Shown: positions 17,204-30,431, counted from the first letter of the stretch. The stretch: DNA of 64,000 nucleotides from Dehalococcoidia bacterium (GCA_963662615.2 CAXXSR010000001.1:1184001-1248000), one strand, 5' to 3'. Numbers and translations are program-made. The notes: generated from the sequence alone by a model not told the origin.

Positions 17204-18115
17204 CTATGGCCGAGCGTCCTCCGGCGCCATCTCGTGTTGCGCTGATCGCGTGTTCGCGCCCGCCTCCAGCACTTCCAGCGCCGCCAGGTGCAACTTTTCC
17301 CCCAGCCCCGCTGCCATGGCTGCAAGGAACGTTTGGTGGGCAGCGGCCGTCATGGGCATGGGGACGGCGAGATCTTGCGCCGATTCCAGGGCCAGCCCCA
17401 CGTCCTTGGCCGCCAGCGCCAGCGCAAAGGTGGGGTTGTCGAACTTCCGCTCCACCTGCAGCGGCATCCGGCCCACGTGCGGTCCCGCGCTCCCCACTTT
17501 GAGCATTTCGTAGAGCTGCTTCGAATCAAGTCCTGCCTTCGCCCCCAGCACCAAGACTTCCGCTACGAGCACACTGGTGCAGAGGCTGACCACGTTGTTG
17601 ATCTGCTTCACAAGCGTGCCCGTACCGGGACTGCCCAGCGAGAAGATGTGGGCCCCGAACGCCTCCATGATTGGACGGGTCCGCTCCACGGCGCCTGGAT
17701 CCCCGCTGGCCAGGAGGGTCAGCGTTCCCGCTTCAGCACCAACAACGCCGCCGGTGACCGGGGCGTCCACGAAGATCACGCCGTGCGCGCGCGCGTCCGC
17801 TTCCAGGCGTTGGACGGCGGTGACGGAGTTGGTGCTGAGATCGACGTGGATGTCGCCGGGACGGGCGCCGGCGAGGATGCCATTGTCCCCATGGACCACG
17901 GCTTCGACTTCAGGCGGGCCCGGCAACGACGTGAAGACGATGCGGCATCGCTCCGCGACAGCCTTGGGCGAATCGGCCCACGCGGCTCCGAGTTCAATCA
18001 GGTTGTTCGCACGCTCTTCGCGGAGGTCGTGCACGACAAGGTCATGTCCGGCCTTCAGGATGTGACGCGCCATAGGATTGCCGATATTGCCCGTGCCAAT
18101 GAACCCCACCAGCAT
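17204..18115 (-). CDS. NAD(P)-dependent oxidoreductase, 3-hydroxyisobutyrate dehydrogenase family
   Basis: GFIGTGNIGNPMA, FVDAPVTGGVVGAEAGTL, KQINN, AAKDVGLA. Confidence 0.92.
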   Translation of the reverse strand: MLVGFIGTGNIGNPMARHILKAGHDLVVHDLREERANNLIELGAAWADSPKAVAERCRIVFTSLPGPPEVEAVVHGDNGILAGARPGDIHVDLSTNSVTAVQRLEADARAHGVIFVDAPVTGGVVGAEAGTLTLLASGDPGAVERTRPIMEAFGAHIFSLGSPGTGTLVKQINNVVSLCTSVLVAEVLVLGAKAGLDSKQLYEMLKVGSAGPHVGRMPLQVERKFDNPTFALALAAKDVGLALESAQDLAVPMPMTAAAHQTFLAAMAAGLGEKLHLAALEVLEAGANTRSAQHEMAPEDARP

Positions 18116-18324
18116 TGCAGCCTCCCCTGCGCTCCTCTGTCTCATGTCTTCAGCCCTGACCGGCATCCTCTGCATCCGGCGCGAGGCGCAGCATAGTGAA
18201 CGCTGTCAAGCCGGCGTCGCCACGATGTGAAACGCATCTCATCCCTGTCCCGCCCTGTCGCCGTAGAAGGAAGCCTCCCGTTCGGCGTCTCTCGCTCGCG
18301 CACTGCGCTCAACCGTGACACGCG

Positions 18325-19119
18325 TCAAGCGATCGCTCGGACCAGGAGGACGCGCAGGGCGCAGGTCACGCTGCCGTCGGCCTGCACGACGGTATTGTCG
18401 GACTCCAGCTCTTCGCGGACCGCGTTACGCCGGGAGAGCGGCACGGCGTCCAGGCGCGCCAGGAACGCGAAGGCCCGGTTCATTGCCCACCAGTCGTCGA
18501 ATTGCGGGAAGACGATTTCGTCGTCGTGCTCCTCAATGACCACGTCACGGAGGCCGGCCCGAAAGCACCATCGCGCCACCTCTTCGGGGTCGTTGGTGAA
18601 GGGGCGAAAGAGATGGGGGACTTCCTGCCGCTCCATTATCTCGAGGAGGCGCTCGCCCGGCCGACCAAAGAAGGGCTCGCGCCAGGTCGTGCACGCGATC
18701 GCGCCGCCCGGCCTGGCGATTCGTGCGGCTTCCCGCAGAGCCCGCAACGGATCGTGAATATAAGGGAGGCCAAAGCCGCAGGTGACGGCGCTGACCGAGC
18801 GATCGGCCAGATCGAGCGCGATGGCATCCATGCGCATGAAGCGGACGCGCGTGGGGACACCGGCCAGCGCCGCGCGGCCGAGCTCCAGTTGACGCTCGGC
18901 AAGATCGACACCGATCACTGAGCCGCTCTTTCCCACCGCACGGACGATAGGCTCCACGACGGTGCCGGGGCCGGTCGCCACATCCACCACGGCATTGCCC
19001 GGACGGAGGTCCGCGCGGTCGACAAGAAGCGCGGCGAATCGGGGGAGAAAGGGCGCGCCGGTCTCGCGGTACGCAGCGCCCGCCTCATTGATCGCGCGAA
19101 GGACGGCGTCGTCGGCCAT
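18325..19119 (-). CDS. Class I SAM-dependent methyltransferase (UbiE-like)
   Basis: VVDVATGPG motif I, GVDLA, MDAIAL, VTCGFGL, RIARPGG. Confidence 0.88.
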   Translation of the reverse strand: MADDAVLRAINEAGAAYRETGAPFLPRFAALLVDRADLRPGNAVVDVATGPGTVVEPIVRAVGKSGSVIGVDLAERQLELGRAALAGVPTRVRFMRMDAIALDLADRSVSAVTCGFGLPYIHDPLRALREAARIARPGGAIACTTWREPFFGRPGERLLEIMERQEVPHLFRPFTNDPEEVARWCFRAGLRDVVIEEHDDEIVFPQFDDWWAMNRAFAFLARLDAVPLSRRNAVREELESDNTVVQADGSVTCALRVLLVRAIA

Positions 19120-19219
19120 AGGCGAGGGAGACGGAGCGCCACCACTGGGATGGCGCGCGTCCGCGCTCAGTCTAGCTCTGGGCGCCCGCACGCGCGGCGG
19201 GAGGGCGAGGGTCGTTCAA

Positions 19220-19249
19220 TTGCTCTGGATAATCGGCCGTTGGTATACT
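19220..19249 (+). promoter_or_regulatory. Sigma70-type promoter for the tRNA cluster
   Basis: TTGCTC, 18-nt spacer, TATACT, with an extended TG. Confidence 0.6.
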
Positions 19250-19265
19250 GCTCCCGCGCCGACTG

Positions 19266-19341
19266 AGGAGTGTAGCTCAGTTGGAAGAGCAGCGGTCTCC
19301 AAAACCGCAGGTCGGGGGTTCGAGTCCCTCCACTCCTGCCA
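19266..19341 (+). tRNA. tRNA-Trp(CCA)
   Basis: AGGAGTG/CACTCCT acceptor, GCGGT-CTCCAAA-ACCGC, TTCGAGT loop, CCA. Confidence 0.97.
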
Positions 19342-19360
19342 ACATGGCGGCTAAGATCGT

Positions 19361-19448
19361 GCCGAGGTGGTGGAACTGGTAGACACGCAGCGTTGAGGGC
19401 GCTGTGCTCATTCTGGGCGTAGGAGTTCGAGTCTCCTCCTCGGCACCA
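19361..19448 (+). tRNA. tRNA-Leu(GAG)
   Basis: GCCGAGG/CCTCGGC acceptor, CAGCG-TTGAGGG-CGCTG, long variable arm, CCA. Confidence 0.97.
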
Positions 19449-19467
19449 TTGGGAGAACGAAGTCCGA

Positions 19468-19542
19468 GCGGAAGTGGCGCAGTGGTAGCGCGTCTCCTTG
19501 CCAAGGAGAAGGTCGCGGGTTCGACCCCCGTCTTCCGCTCCA
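19468..19542 (+). tRNA. tRNA-Gly(GCC)
   Basis: GCGGAAG/CTTCCGC acceptor, TCTCC-TTGCCAA-GGAGA, CCA. Confidence 0.97.
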
Positions 19543-19561
19543 ACTTCATTGCCCGCCTCAT

Positions 19562-19636
<75 letters not shown>

Positions 19637-19813
19637 TCACACCATCTGGGACACGTTGAGAATGACGGTTCAGCCCAGCGCGATCGATCGCGGCGCCAGG
19701 ATCACCGCCGTCGCGACGGAGCCGTTGCGCTGGTCGCCGTCCTCGCGGTCCCCGGCTAAGCGCGGAACCTACCGGAAGCACGTTGGCAGTCAGCGACCGA
19801 TGTGGGCGGACGA

Positions 19814-20500
19814 CTAGCAGCTCATCACCGCCGTGGCCAGAGCCAGAGATGCCTCCCTGGCCGTAGCCTCGAAGAGAATCGGCAGACAGGTCTCTGAGAT
19901 GGAACCGAATGCTCGGTACGATACGCACGCGCCCGAGGGGATTGAGCTTCCTTCTGTGAACACTAGGCGCTTGCCCACGACTATCAGTTCGCCGAGCGCA
20001 GGGCGCGTTGAAAGCTGCGACTCCAGTTCTCGCGCCTGAGAACGCAATTCTTGCACTTCAGCGCGCAAGTCATCTGATTCGCGCCGCGCATCTACGGCGA
20101 ACCAGACCGCGCCCCCGATGGCCGCGAGTGCCACCAGAAGGACTAACAGCCGCATGATCTTTGGGGATTGCGTCGCTGGCGGGGATGCAGACCCCGTGGC
20201 ATGCGCAGATTGATCCCTTATCTCATCGACTCGCGGAGCTTCGACGGCCTCCGAAGCTTGTCGCACTGACTGTTCTGATCGCTGCAGCCTCCACTCAGGG
20301 ATGAACCAGGCTATGGGTGCATTGAGGATCGGGGTGCGGCTGAGGAGACCTCCGAATATCATCCCGGCGAATAGCCCCACAAGCCCGACCGCGGCGGGGT
20401 AAGGCACCTCCCCGAAGGCAAAACGGACTGCCAATCCCACCCAGAAGACGCCGAAGAAGCCCAGTACTCCGACCCCGATCAGCCTGCGTAACCACAGCAC
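19814..20500 (-). CDS. Hypothetical membrane protein (3 TM helices plus a coiled coil)
   Basis: Two N-terminal hydrophobic helices, a third at LLVLLVALAAIGGAVWFAV, then a heptad stretch LRAEVQELRSQARELESQL. Confidence 0.65.
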   Translation of the reverse strand: MLWLRRLIGVGVLGFFGVFWVGLAVRFAFGEVPYPAAVGLVGLFAGMIFGGLLSRTPILNAPIAWFIPEWRLQRSEQSVRQASEAVEAPRVDEIRDQSAHATGSASPPATQSPKIMRLLVLLVALAAIGGAVWFAVDARRESDDLRAEVQELRSQARELESQLSTRPALGELIVVGKRLVFTEGSSIPSGACVSYRAFGSISETCLPILFEATAREASLALATAVMSC

Positions 20501-20531
20501 CGCACACTCGCATCACGCCTCTGGGTCAGTC

Positions 20532-21665
<1,134 letters not shown>

Positions 21666-21888
21666 CTCCTTGCTCAAAAATGTGCCGAGGCGACGACGGC
21701 ACCCGCGTTCGCAGGCGCAGCCTACAGCATCCCTGCAGGCGACCGGCTCGGCCACTGCCCGGGCATCGGCCGCCGGCGTGTGGATGAACAGCGGCTCTTT
21801 CACGCTTGGGTAAGTCGCGCAGGGCGCCGTCGCCGCTACGTCGGCCCGTTCGCCTGGTATCGTGGGGCGGTCTGACACCGGCGACCGT

Positions 21889-21975
21889 GCCGGGATGGCG
21901 GAACTGGTAGACGCGGCGGACTTAAAATCCGCTGGCCGCAAGGCCGTGTGGGTTCGATCCCCGCTCCCGGCACCA
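21889..21975 (+). tRNA. tRNA-Leu(TAA)
   Basis: GCCGGGA/TCCCGGC acceptor, GCGGA-CTTAAAA-TCCGC, variable arm, CCA. Confidence 0.97.
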
Positions 21976-22127
21976 TCTTGTCCATCTGGGATGGCGCCAC
22001 GTTCGCGGTGGCGCCGCTGGGCGTCAGCATCGCTGTCACACGAACACGCCAGCCGGCTGACGGGCGAGGAAACGCGGCGCGTTTCGGTCTCGGCGGGGCG
22101 GGCGTGCTTTCGGTTACGGGAGGATCG

Positions 22128-23411
22128 ATGGCCGAGCAACAGCCCTTTGCGGGGATCACTGTCATCGAGTTCGGTCAATTCGTATCGGTGCCGTTCTGCG
22201 CGCAGCTTCTCGCCGAGGGTGGAGCGGACGTGGTGAAGATCGAGCCGCTGGAAGGAGACGCGGTGCGCCGGCTCGCGCCGCTGGCGCCCGGGGAGACCCG
22301 GACGTTTATCTCGCGCAATCGCGGCAAGCGATCGCTCCCCCTCAACCTGCGCCACCCCGAGGCGGCGCCCATCATCCAGGCCTTGCTCGCCGACGCCGAC
22401 GTTGCCTTGATGAACTTTCGCCCCGGCCTGGCCGAAGCGCTTGGGCTCGACGCGGCGACGCTGGTGCGCCAGTACCCGCGCCTCATCGTCGGTCAGATCA
22501 CGCCGTTCGGACGGCAGGGCCCGGAGGCGAGCTTGCCGGCCATGGACGTGGTGGTCCAAGCGCGGAGCGGCCTCATGGCCGCCAACGGCCGCACGAGCGC
22601 CGGCGTCCCCACGTCTGGGGATCCGCTCAGCGCCGATTACATGTGCGCGATGACCTTGGCCTTCGGCATCGCCGCGGCGCTGCTCCGGCGGGCAGGCACG
22701 GGCCGCGGCGGAGAGGTGCAGACATCGCTGCTGCAGGCGGCGCTGACGCTCCAGAACAACCAGATGGTGCGCATCGACAGGGTGGAGCGGGCGGCACTGG
22801 ACGAGGCGCTCGGCACATTGACACGCCTTCGGGCCGCCGGCGCGCCGTATGAGGAGCAGCGAGCCGCGCTTCCCACTGGGCGGCCGGCCGGGCTGACGAA
22901 AGTCTACTTTCGAACCTACCGCACCCGTGATGCCGCCATCGCGGTCGGCTGCGCCAGCCCGGTATTACGGCGAAAGTTCCTCGCCGCGGCCGGCCTGGTG
23001 GACTCCATGCTGGAAGCGGCCGAGCAGGGTCGGACGTCGCTCGAGGATCACTACGAGGGACTTCGGGTGGCGGCAGAAGAGAGGCTTGCATCGCGCTCCG
23101 CGACGGAATGGCTTCAGCTCTTTCAGGAAGCGGGAATTCCGGCCGCGAGCGTGAAGTTTCCCGCGGAGCTGTTCGAGGACGAGCAGACCACGGCGAACGG
23201 AATGTTCCACGATCTTGACCACCCGAGCCTGGGACCCGTCCGGGTGCTGGCCCCGCCGCTGGCGCTCGATAGCGACGGCTTTCAGCCGGCGCCGGCCACC
23301 GCTGCCTTCGGCTCTGAGGCGCGGGCGATTCTGGGAGAGCTGGGCTTCGCAGCGGAGGAGACCGAGGCGTTTATTGCGAGCGGCGTCACCCGCACGGCAC
23401 CGGCGCCTTGA
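22128..23411 (+). CDS. CoA transferase family III (CaiB/BaiF)
   Basis: GITVIEFGQFVSVPFCAQLLA.GADVVKIEP, NRGKRSL, NFRPG, AD catalytic-Asp region; GGAGG RBS. Confidence 0.93.
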   Translation: MAEQQPFAGITVIEFGQFVSVPFCAQLLAEGGADVVKIEPLEGDAVRRLAPLAPGETRTFISRNRGKRSLPLNLRHPEAAPIIQALLADADVALMNFRPGLAEALGLDAATLVRQYPRLIVGQITPFGRQGPEASLPAMDVVVQARSGLMAANGRTSAGVPTSGDPLSADYMCAMTLAFGIAAALLRRAGTGRGGEVQTSLLQAALTLQNNQMVRIDRVERAALDEALGTLTRLRAAGAPYEEQRAALPTGRPAGLTKVYFRTYRTRDAAIAVGCASPVLRRKFLAAAGLVDSMLEAAEQGRTSLEDHYEGLRVAAEERLASRSATEWLQLFQEAGIPAASVKFPAELFEDEQTTANGMFHDLDHPSLGPVRVLAPPLALDSDGFQPAPATAAFGSEARAILGELGFAAEETEAFIASGVTRTAPAP

Positions 23412-23557
23412 ACTCGCCCGGCCCGCAGCGCACGATCGTGTCAGGTATTGCCGCGTTCGTCCGCCTGTATGTTTTGTGTCTCGGCGAGCGTTACACGCTT
23501 GCCGCATAGGTTTCGACTACAATTCCCTGGTCATCGCTTGCAGAAACGGAGGAAGAG

Positions 23558-23938
23558 ATGCCACTTGTTACATCGCTGGACGACTTCGGCGCGCGCTTTC
23601 GTGAGGCATTCTTGGCGACGGACCTGGACGCTCTCGTCGAGCTGTATGAGGAGGACTCCATCTTCTACTCGCCGCGTCGAGACACCGTCTGGAAGGGCCC
23701 TCGCGACATTGTCAAGATGTTCGGGGAACGGTTCGCCGTCTCGACGCCCATCGAACTGCTGATCATTGAACGCCAGGTGTACACCGACGGCGACTACGCG
23801 ACGACGCACGGGGTTTACGAACTCCAGGAGCGACGGAAGGACTCAGGCGAGGAGCGGACCTGGCGGGCCCGCACGACGGAGCTTCTGCACCGTGGCGCCG
23901 ATGGCGGCTGGCGCATGGTCATCGATCACGCCTCCTAG
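23558..23938 (+). CDS. NTF2-like / SnoaL / DUF4440 family protein
   Basis: DLDALVELYEEDSIF...GGWRMVIDHAS C-terminal signature; GGAGG RBS. Confidence 0.85.
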   Translation: MPLVTSLDDFGARFREAFLATDLDALVELYEEDSIFYSPRRDTVWKGPRDIVKMFGERFAVSTPIELLIIERQVYTDGDYATTHGVYELQERRKDSGEERTWRARTTELLHRGADGGWRMVIDHAS

Positions 23939-24163
23939 ACCGTGCCGGCATTGTGGAAACGGGCAATCCGCTGACCGGGCGGCGTGAGGTCGGGCGCGGC
24001 CTGCACCGTTTCGTCCCTCCCGCCCAATGCGATAGGCTCGCCTGGCCACGGCGGTGAACTGCGGCGGTAGCTCGCGCCGCGCCGGCCGCTGATGCTCGCG
24101 CTTGGCGCGGCCTCGATCGCGCTGCGCGCGCTGGTACCAGACCGCTGCGAAAGGAACGCCCCC

Positions 24164-25246
24164 GTGAAGGCCGCTCTCTTCCATGGCCCGCAGCAGGACC
24201 TCACGATCGAGAACGTTGAGATCGATGCGCCCATGGAGCGCGAGGTGCTGGTGCGCACAGTCGCCTCCGGGGTCTGCCACAGCGACCTCCACTTTATTGA
24301 AGGGCTGTACGACTTTCCCGCGCCCGCCATCCTGGGGCATGAGGCGGCCGGCATCGTGGAGGCGGTGGGAGATCGCGTCAGTGACTTCCAGCCCGGCGAC
24401 CGCGTGATCGGCTGCCTCTCCGCCTTCTGCGGCAAGTGCGAATACTGCCTCACGGGACGCACCCACCTCTGCCGGAGCCCGGAGGTGCGGCGGGGCAAGT
24501 CGGACCCGCCCAAATTGACCTGGAACGGCCAGCCGGTCAATCAGTTCGCCAACCTCTCCACCTACGCCGAATTCATGCTGGTGTACGAAAACGCCTTGGT
24601 GAAGATCCAGGACGACATACCACTGGAGGCGGCGGCGCTAATCGGCTGCGGCGTCACGACGGGGGTGGGCGCGGTGCTGAATACCGCCAAAGTGGCGCCC
24701 GGATCGACGGTCGCGGTCTTCGGCTGCGGCGGAGTGGGACTGTCCGCGATCCAGGGCGCCCGCATCGCCGGGGCGCGGCAGATCATCGCCGTGGACACGG
24801 TAGAGAGCAAGCTCGCCTTGGCGCGTGAGCTGGGCGCGACGCACGTCGTCGATGCCTCCGTCGGCGATCCCGTGGAGAAGATCCAGGATCTCAGCGACGA
24901 CGGCGTCGACTACTCGTTTGAGGCGATCGGCCTGAAGGAGACGGCGGAGCAGGCGTTCCGTAGCATTCGCCGCGGCGGTACCGCCACCCTGATTGGCATG
25001 ACCCCGCGCGGGCAGAAGATCGAACTGGACGGCTACTCCTTCCTCTCCGAGCGCAAGATTCAAGGAACCTCTATGGGCTCGAATCGCTTCCGCGTGGATA
25101 TGCCGGTCTACATCGAATTTTACAAGCAGGGCCGGTTAAAGCTCGACGAGATGATCACGAAAACGGGCCGCCTGGAGGACATCAATGAAGCGTTCCGGGC
25201 GATGAAGGCGGGCGAGGTGGCCCGGACCGTGCTGACGTTCAATTAG
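24164..25246 (+). CDS. Zn-dependent alcohol dehydrogenase (class III-like)
   Basis: GVCHSD, LGHEAAG, CGKCEYC..C structural Zn site, GCGVTTG, FGCGGVG; GTG start at 24164. Confidence 0.95.
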   Translation: MKAALFHGPQQDLTIENVEIDAPMEREVLVRTVASGVCHSDLHFIEGLYDFPAPAILGHEAAGIVEAVGDRVSDFQPGDRVIGCLSAFCGKCEYCLTGRTHLCRSPEVRRGKSDPPKLTWNGQPVNQFANLSTYAEFMLVYENALVKIQDDIPLEAAALIGCGVTTGVGAVLNTAKVAPGSTVAVFGCGGVGLSAIQGARIAGARQIIAVDTVESKLALARELGATHVVDASVGDPVEKIQDLSDDGVDYSFEAIGLKETAEQAFRSIRRGGTATLIGMTPRGQKIELDGYSFLSERKIQGTSMGSNRFRVDMPVYIEFYKQGRLKLDEMITKTGRLEDINEAFRAMKAGEVARTVLTFN

Positions 25247-25342
25247 CCGCGCGGCGGGGCGGGCGTTCAAGCCCGCCACATGCGCCACAGCGCGAGGGGC
25301 TGCTGGGAGGGTTCAGGAGGCAGGCTGCGGATGGGGGGCACC

Positions 25343-26278
25343 ATGCAACTCGTCTTGGGCACGAATGACGGCGTCTGGACGGTCCGGGACGGCGCGCCGG
25401 AGCGGGTTGGCCTGGCGGGGAAGCGCGTGACCCACGTGGCGTCGGGAGGCGAGGTCATTCTGGCCGCCCTCCCCCACGACGGCCTGTACATGTGCGCGGC
25501 CGAGGCGCGGCGCGTCTGGACCGGCGACGCGCGCTCCTGCGCCATAGGGCCGAGCGGCGCTTTCTACGTGGGCGTGGAGCCGGCCGTGGTCCATCGCAGT
25601 GACGACGGTGGAGACACGTGGCGTCGGTTCGACGCGATCGATGACTTACCCACCCGGAGTGAGTGGACGTTCCCACCACCGCCCCACGAACCCCACGTCC
25701 TTTCGATCGACTTCCTCCCCGGTGAGCCAGAGGGCCTCTTGGCCGGCATTGAGGTCGGCGGCGTCATCGTCTCCCGGGACGGGGGCACATCGTGGGGCGA
25801 ACTGAACAGCGGTGTCTACGTGGACATCCATTCGGTGCGACCGGATCCGTCGCAGCCCGGCCACCTCTACGCTGTCACCGGCGCGGGCTTCTACGCGAGC
25901 GAGAACGGCGGTACGACTTGGGAGCGCCGCATGGAGGGTGTGGGGAACTGGTACACCATTGGCATGCACATCCACCCGCGGCACGGCGGCGAGATTCTGA
26001 TGGTCGCCGGCGATAGCCCCCCGGGCGTGAACGGCCGCGCCTATTTTTCGAAGGACGGTGGCCGCGGCTGGGAGGAGCTCCAGGACGAGGGTCTCCTCTT
26101 CGGCAACGGGCACGCGCCGGTCCCCCTGTTCGCGAATGGAGATGCCTGGCTCGGCAGCAACAACGGGCAGCTGCTGCGCGCTGCGGACCCTCGCGGCCGC
26201 TGGTCCGTCGTTTGCGAGATAGGCGCGGCGATCAATGCGCTGGCAGGGGATGGAAGCCCCTCGTCCGTGATGCATTAG
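25343..26278 (+). CDS. BNR/Asp-box repeat (sialidase/YCF48-like beta-propeller) protein
   Basis: Four Asp-box motifs: SDDGGDTW, SRDGGTSW, SENGGTTW, SKDGGRGW. Confidence 0.85.
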   Translation: MQLVLGTNDGVWTVRDGAPERVGLAGKRVTHVASGGEVILAALPHDGLYMCAAEARRVWTGDARSCAIGPSGAFYVGVEPAVVHRSDDGGDTWRRFDAIDDLPTRSEWTFPPPPHEPHVLSIDFLPGEPEGLLAGIEVGGVIVSRDGGTSWGELNSGVYVDIHSVRPDPSQPGHLYAVTGAGFYASENGGTTWERRMEGVGNWYTIGMHIHPRHGGEILMVAGDSPPGVNGRAYFSKDGGRGWEELQDEGLLFGNGHAPVPLFANGDAWLGSNNGQLLRAADPRGRWSVVCEIGAAINALAGDGSPSSVMH

Positions 26279-26368
26279 CGATCACGCAAGCGATCGCGTG
26301 CGTCCTCCCGGCGGCGGCCACAGGGGCAATATCGCTCGCCGTCCCGGGCCGCCTATCATGACCTGAAG

Positions 26369-27868
<1,500 letters not shown>

Positions 27869-27978
27869 CCTCCCCACCGTCCGGCGCTCGGGAACCGATC
27901 ACGCCTCCGCAGCGTCTTGCGAGATCGGGGGAGGTTTCTGATGGTGCCTACGCCGGTGCGGCCCTATAGTGCGTCCCG

Positions 27979-29331
27979 ATGAACTGGCTGTGGGACCCGG
28001 ACACGCGCAAGTGGCTGGTCCCCGGCATGGGAGTCAAGCGCTGGTTCTTGCTCCTCTTCTTGGGGATGGCGTTCTTGGGCTTAGGCGTCTCCTATCTGGC
28101 ACGCGAGGCCTATCTGACCTGGACGCTCCCTGACGCCTTCTACTACATCACCTTGCAATTCATGCCCCAGGTGCTGCGAGGCATCGTCTTTATCGCCGTG
28201 GCCATCGGCTTCGTCGGCGTGGGGGTGTGGAGATTCAATGCCGGGCTGGTCGCCGCGGTCCGTAGCAGCAAGGGGCTGAGCGGGAACGGCGATCAGCGAC
28301 TGGTCAACCTTGTGTACCGGCACCGCTTCGCTTCGCGAGGGCCGCGCGTCGTCGCCGTAGGCGGCGGGACCGGCCTCTCCGTTCTTTTGCGAGGCCTCAA
28401 GGAGTACACGGACAACCTCACCGCCGTGGTGACCGTCGCGGACGACGGCGGCTCGTCAGGCCGGCTGCGGCGCGATCTGGGCGTCATCCCGCCCGGCGAC
28501 GTGCGCAATTGTATCGCCGCCCTCGCCGACGCCGAGCCGCTCATGACCAACCTCTTTCAGTATCGCTTCTCCGAGGAGGCGGGTCCGGGGCTCGAAGGGC
28601 ACTCGTTTGGCAACCTCTTCATCGTGGCGCTGTCGGAGGTCACCGGAAGCATGGAGGAGGCGATCCGCGAGACCGGCCGGGTGCTTGCCGTGCGCGGGGA
28701 GATCATGCCCTCCACGCTGGAGGACGTGCGCTTAGTGGGGCGCACCCGGGACGGCCGCACGATCCGTGGCGAGTCCGCGATTACGGCCGCGAAGAGCGAG
28801 ATCGCGACGGTGGAGATCGAGCCGCAACATCCGCCGGCCTACCCGGACGCCGTCAACGCCGTCCGCAACGCGGACCTGATCGTTGTCGGCCCCGGCAGCC
28901 TCTTCACCAGCGTGCTGCCCAATCTCCTGGTCCCCGACATCCGCGAGGCGCTACAGGAGACCCGGGCCATGAAGATTTACGTGAGCAACGTCGCCACGCA
29001 ACCCGGCGAGACGGACCAGTACAGCATGCAGGATCACATGACGACCATTGAGGCCCACGTGGGCGGGTCTCCGTTTGACTTCGTCGTTGCAAACAACAAC
29101 GTGAGCGCAGAACTCCCGCGGAGCTGGCACTCGCAGCCCGTGCACATCGCCTCCGACGTGGCCCAATCGGCCGACGCGGGCCAGATCGTCGCGGCGGACG
29201 TCATTGACGTCGCCAACCGCTACAGGCATGACCCGAAAAAGCTGGCGGACGTCATCTTGACGCTCTACCATGAGCGCGGTGAGGCGGCGTTTCGGCTGAG
29301 CGAGCCGGCGAAGATCCTCAGCGACGCCTAG
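27979..29331 (+). CDS. yvcK: YvcK/CofD-like gluconeogenesis factor with N-terminal TM helices
   Basis: GGGTGLS, VTVADDGGSSGRLR, PPGDVRNC, GHSFGNL, GPGSLFTS, RHDP. Confidence 0.93.
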   Translation: MNWLWDPDTRKWLVPGMGVKRWFLLLFLGMAFLGLGVSYLAREAYLTWTLPDAFYYITLQFMPQVLRGIVFIAVAIGFVGVGVWRFNAGLVAAVRSSKGLSGNGDQRLVNLVYRHRFASRGPRVVAVGGGTGLSVLLRGLKEYTDNLTAVVTVADDGGSSGRLRRDLGVIPPGDVRNCIAALADAEPLMTNLFQYRFSEEAGPGLEGHSFGNLFIVALSEVTGSMEEAIRETGRVLAVRGEIMPSTLEDVRLVGRTRDGRTIRGESAITAAKSEIATVEIEPQHPPAYPDAVNAVRNADLIVVGPGSLFTSVLPNLLVPDIREALQETRAMKIYVSNVATQPGETDQYSMQDHMTTIEAHVGGSPFDFVVANNNVSAELPRSWHSQPVHIASDVAQSADAGQIVAADVIDVANRYRHDPKKLADVILTLYHERGEAAFRLSEPAKILSDA

Positions 29332-29352
29332 TTCTCGCCGCGAGGCCTCGTC

Positions 29353-29580
29353 GTGGACGCCGCCGCTATCCTTAACGTCTTTCAGATCCTGACCGCGCTG
29401 CTGCTGATCACGGTCGTGCTCTTACAGGCCAAGGGCGTGGGCCTGGGAAACATCTTCGGCGGCGGCGGCGGCGGCGAGACGTACCGCACCCGCCGCGGCA
29501 TTGAGCGCCTCCTCTTCCGCGGCACCATCGTCTTGATGGGCCTCTTCATCGCGCTGTCGATCGCCGCCGTTCGCGTTTGA
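29353..29580 (+). CDS. secG: Preprotein translocase subunit SecG
   Basis: Two TM helices, LLQAKG.GLG..FGG, YRTRRGIERLLF. Confidence 0.92.
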   Translation: MDAAAILNVFQILTALLLITVVLLQAKGVGLGNIFGGGGGGETYRTRRGIERLLFRGTIVLMGLFIALSIAAVRV

Positions 29581-30431
29581 GCCGTCCCCCCATGGTGGCG
29601 CCATCCGGCATCGTCACGCTCACGACCGATTGCGGCCTGGCCGACCCCTACGTGGCGCAGCTGCATGCGGTGTTGCTCAGCGCCTATCCGCCCGTCCGCA
29701 TCGTCGACGTTAGCCACGCCGTTCCTCCCGGCAACGCCGAGGCCACCCTCTTCCTCACCGAGAGCGCCTGGCCCGCCTTCGCGCTCGGCACGGTGCATCT
29801 GGTGGTCGTGGATCCGGGTGTGGGGACGAAGCGGCGCCTGCTGGCCATTGACACGGGCGACGCCTTTCTGGTGGGGCCGGACACGGGGGTCCTCAGCAGC
29901 GGCCTGCCCGATGCGATGCGACGCCTGAGCGAGGTCGCACCCGTACCGCTACCGCCGGGCCTGATGGCGGTGGAGATCAGCTCTACGGCCGTCCGCGCCC
30001 GCGAAGTCTCCGCCACCTTCCACGGGCGCGACATCATGGCCCCAGTGGCGGCGCGACTCGCTGCCGGCGCCGCCCTCACACAGATGGGGACTCAAGTCCG
30101 GGACGTGATGACGGCACCAACGCTCGCAGCGCCCATCGAACGCGGCGTGGGCGAAGGGCGGATCATCCACATCGACCGGTTCGGCAACGCCATCACCAAC
30201 TTTCGCCTGGCGCACGCGCCCCCGCGCTTTGTGCTTAGCGTGCACGGCGCCCGTGTCGCGGGGCCCGCGTCGAGCTATCAGGCCGGTCGGGGCGGCGGCG
30301 AGGCGGGGGCGGTTGCGATTGGGGGGAGCAGCGGATACCTGGAGGTCGCGTGGCCCGGCGGCAGCGCTGCCGAGCGTCTGGGCCTCCAGCTCGGGGATCA
30401 CGTCGCGCTCCGGCCCGACGACGCCCGCTGA
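29577..30431 (+). CDS. SAM hydroxide adenosyltransferase / chlorinase-fluorinase family (DUF62)
   Basis: TLTTDCG, VVVDPGVGT.R, VGPDTG, ATFHGRD, HIDRFGNAITN, GSSGYLEVA. Confidence 0.92.
   Translation: MSRPPMVAPSGIVTLTTDCGLADPYVAQLHAVLLSAYPPVRIVDVSHAVPPGNAEATLFLTESAWPAFALGTVHLVVVDPGVGTKRRLLAIDTGDAFLVGPDTGVLSSGLPDAMRRLSEVAPVPLPPGLMAVEISSTAVRAREVSATFHGRDIMAPVAARLAAGAALTQMGTQVRDVMTAPTLAAPIERGVGEGRIIHIDRFGNAITNFRLAHAPPRFVLSVHGARVAGPASSYQAGRGGGEAGAVAIGGSSGYLEVAWPGGSAAERLGLQLGDHVALRPDDAR

Noticed and set aside
18241-18275. Possible degenerate copy of the hemW REP-like motif
   Set aside because: The similarity (CCTGTCG...GAAGG) is too short to support.
21666-22559. Apparent 675-aa fusion to tartrate dehydrogenase
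   Set aside because: The extension overlaps tRNA-Leu and the CoA-transferase in antisense; it is a stop-poor high-GC artefact.
29458-29475. (GGC)6 run in secG as a phase-variable repeat
   Set aside because: It is an in-frame triplet encoding the normal Gly-rich SecG loop.
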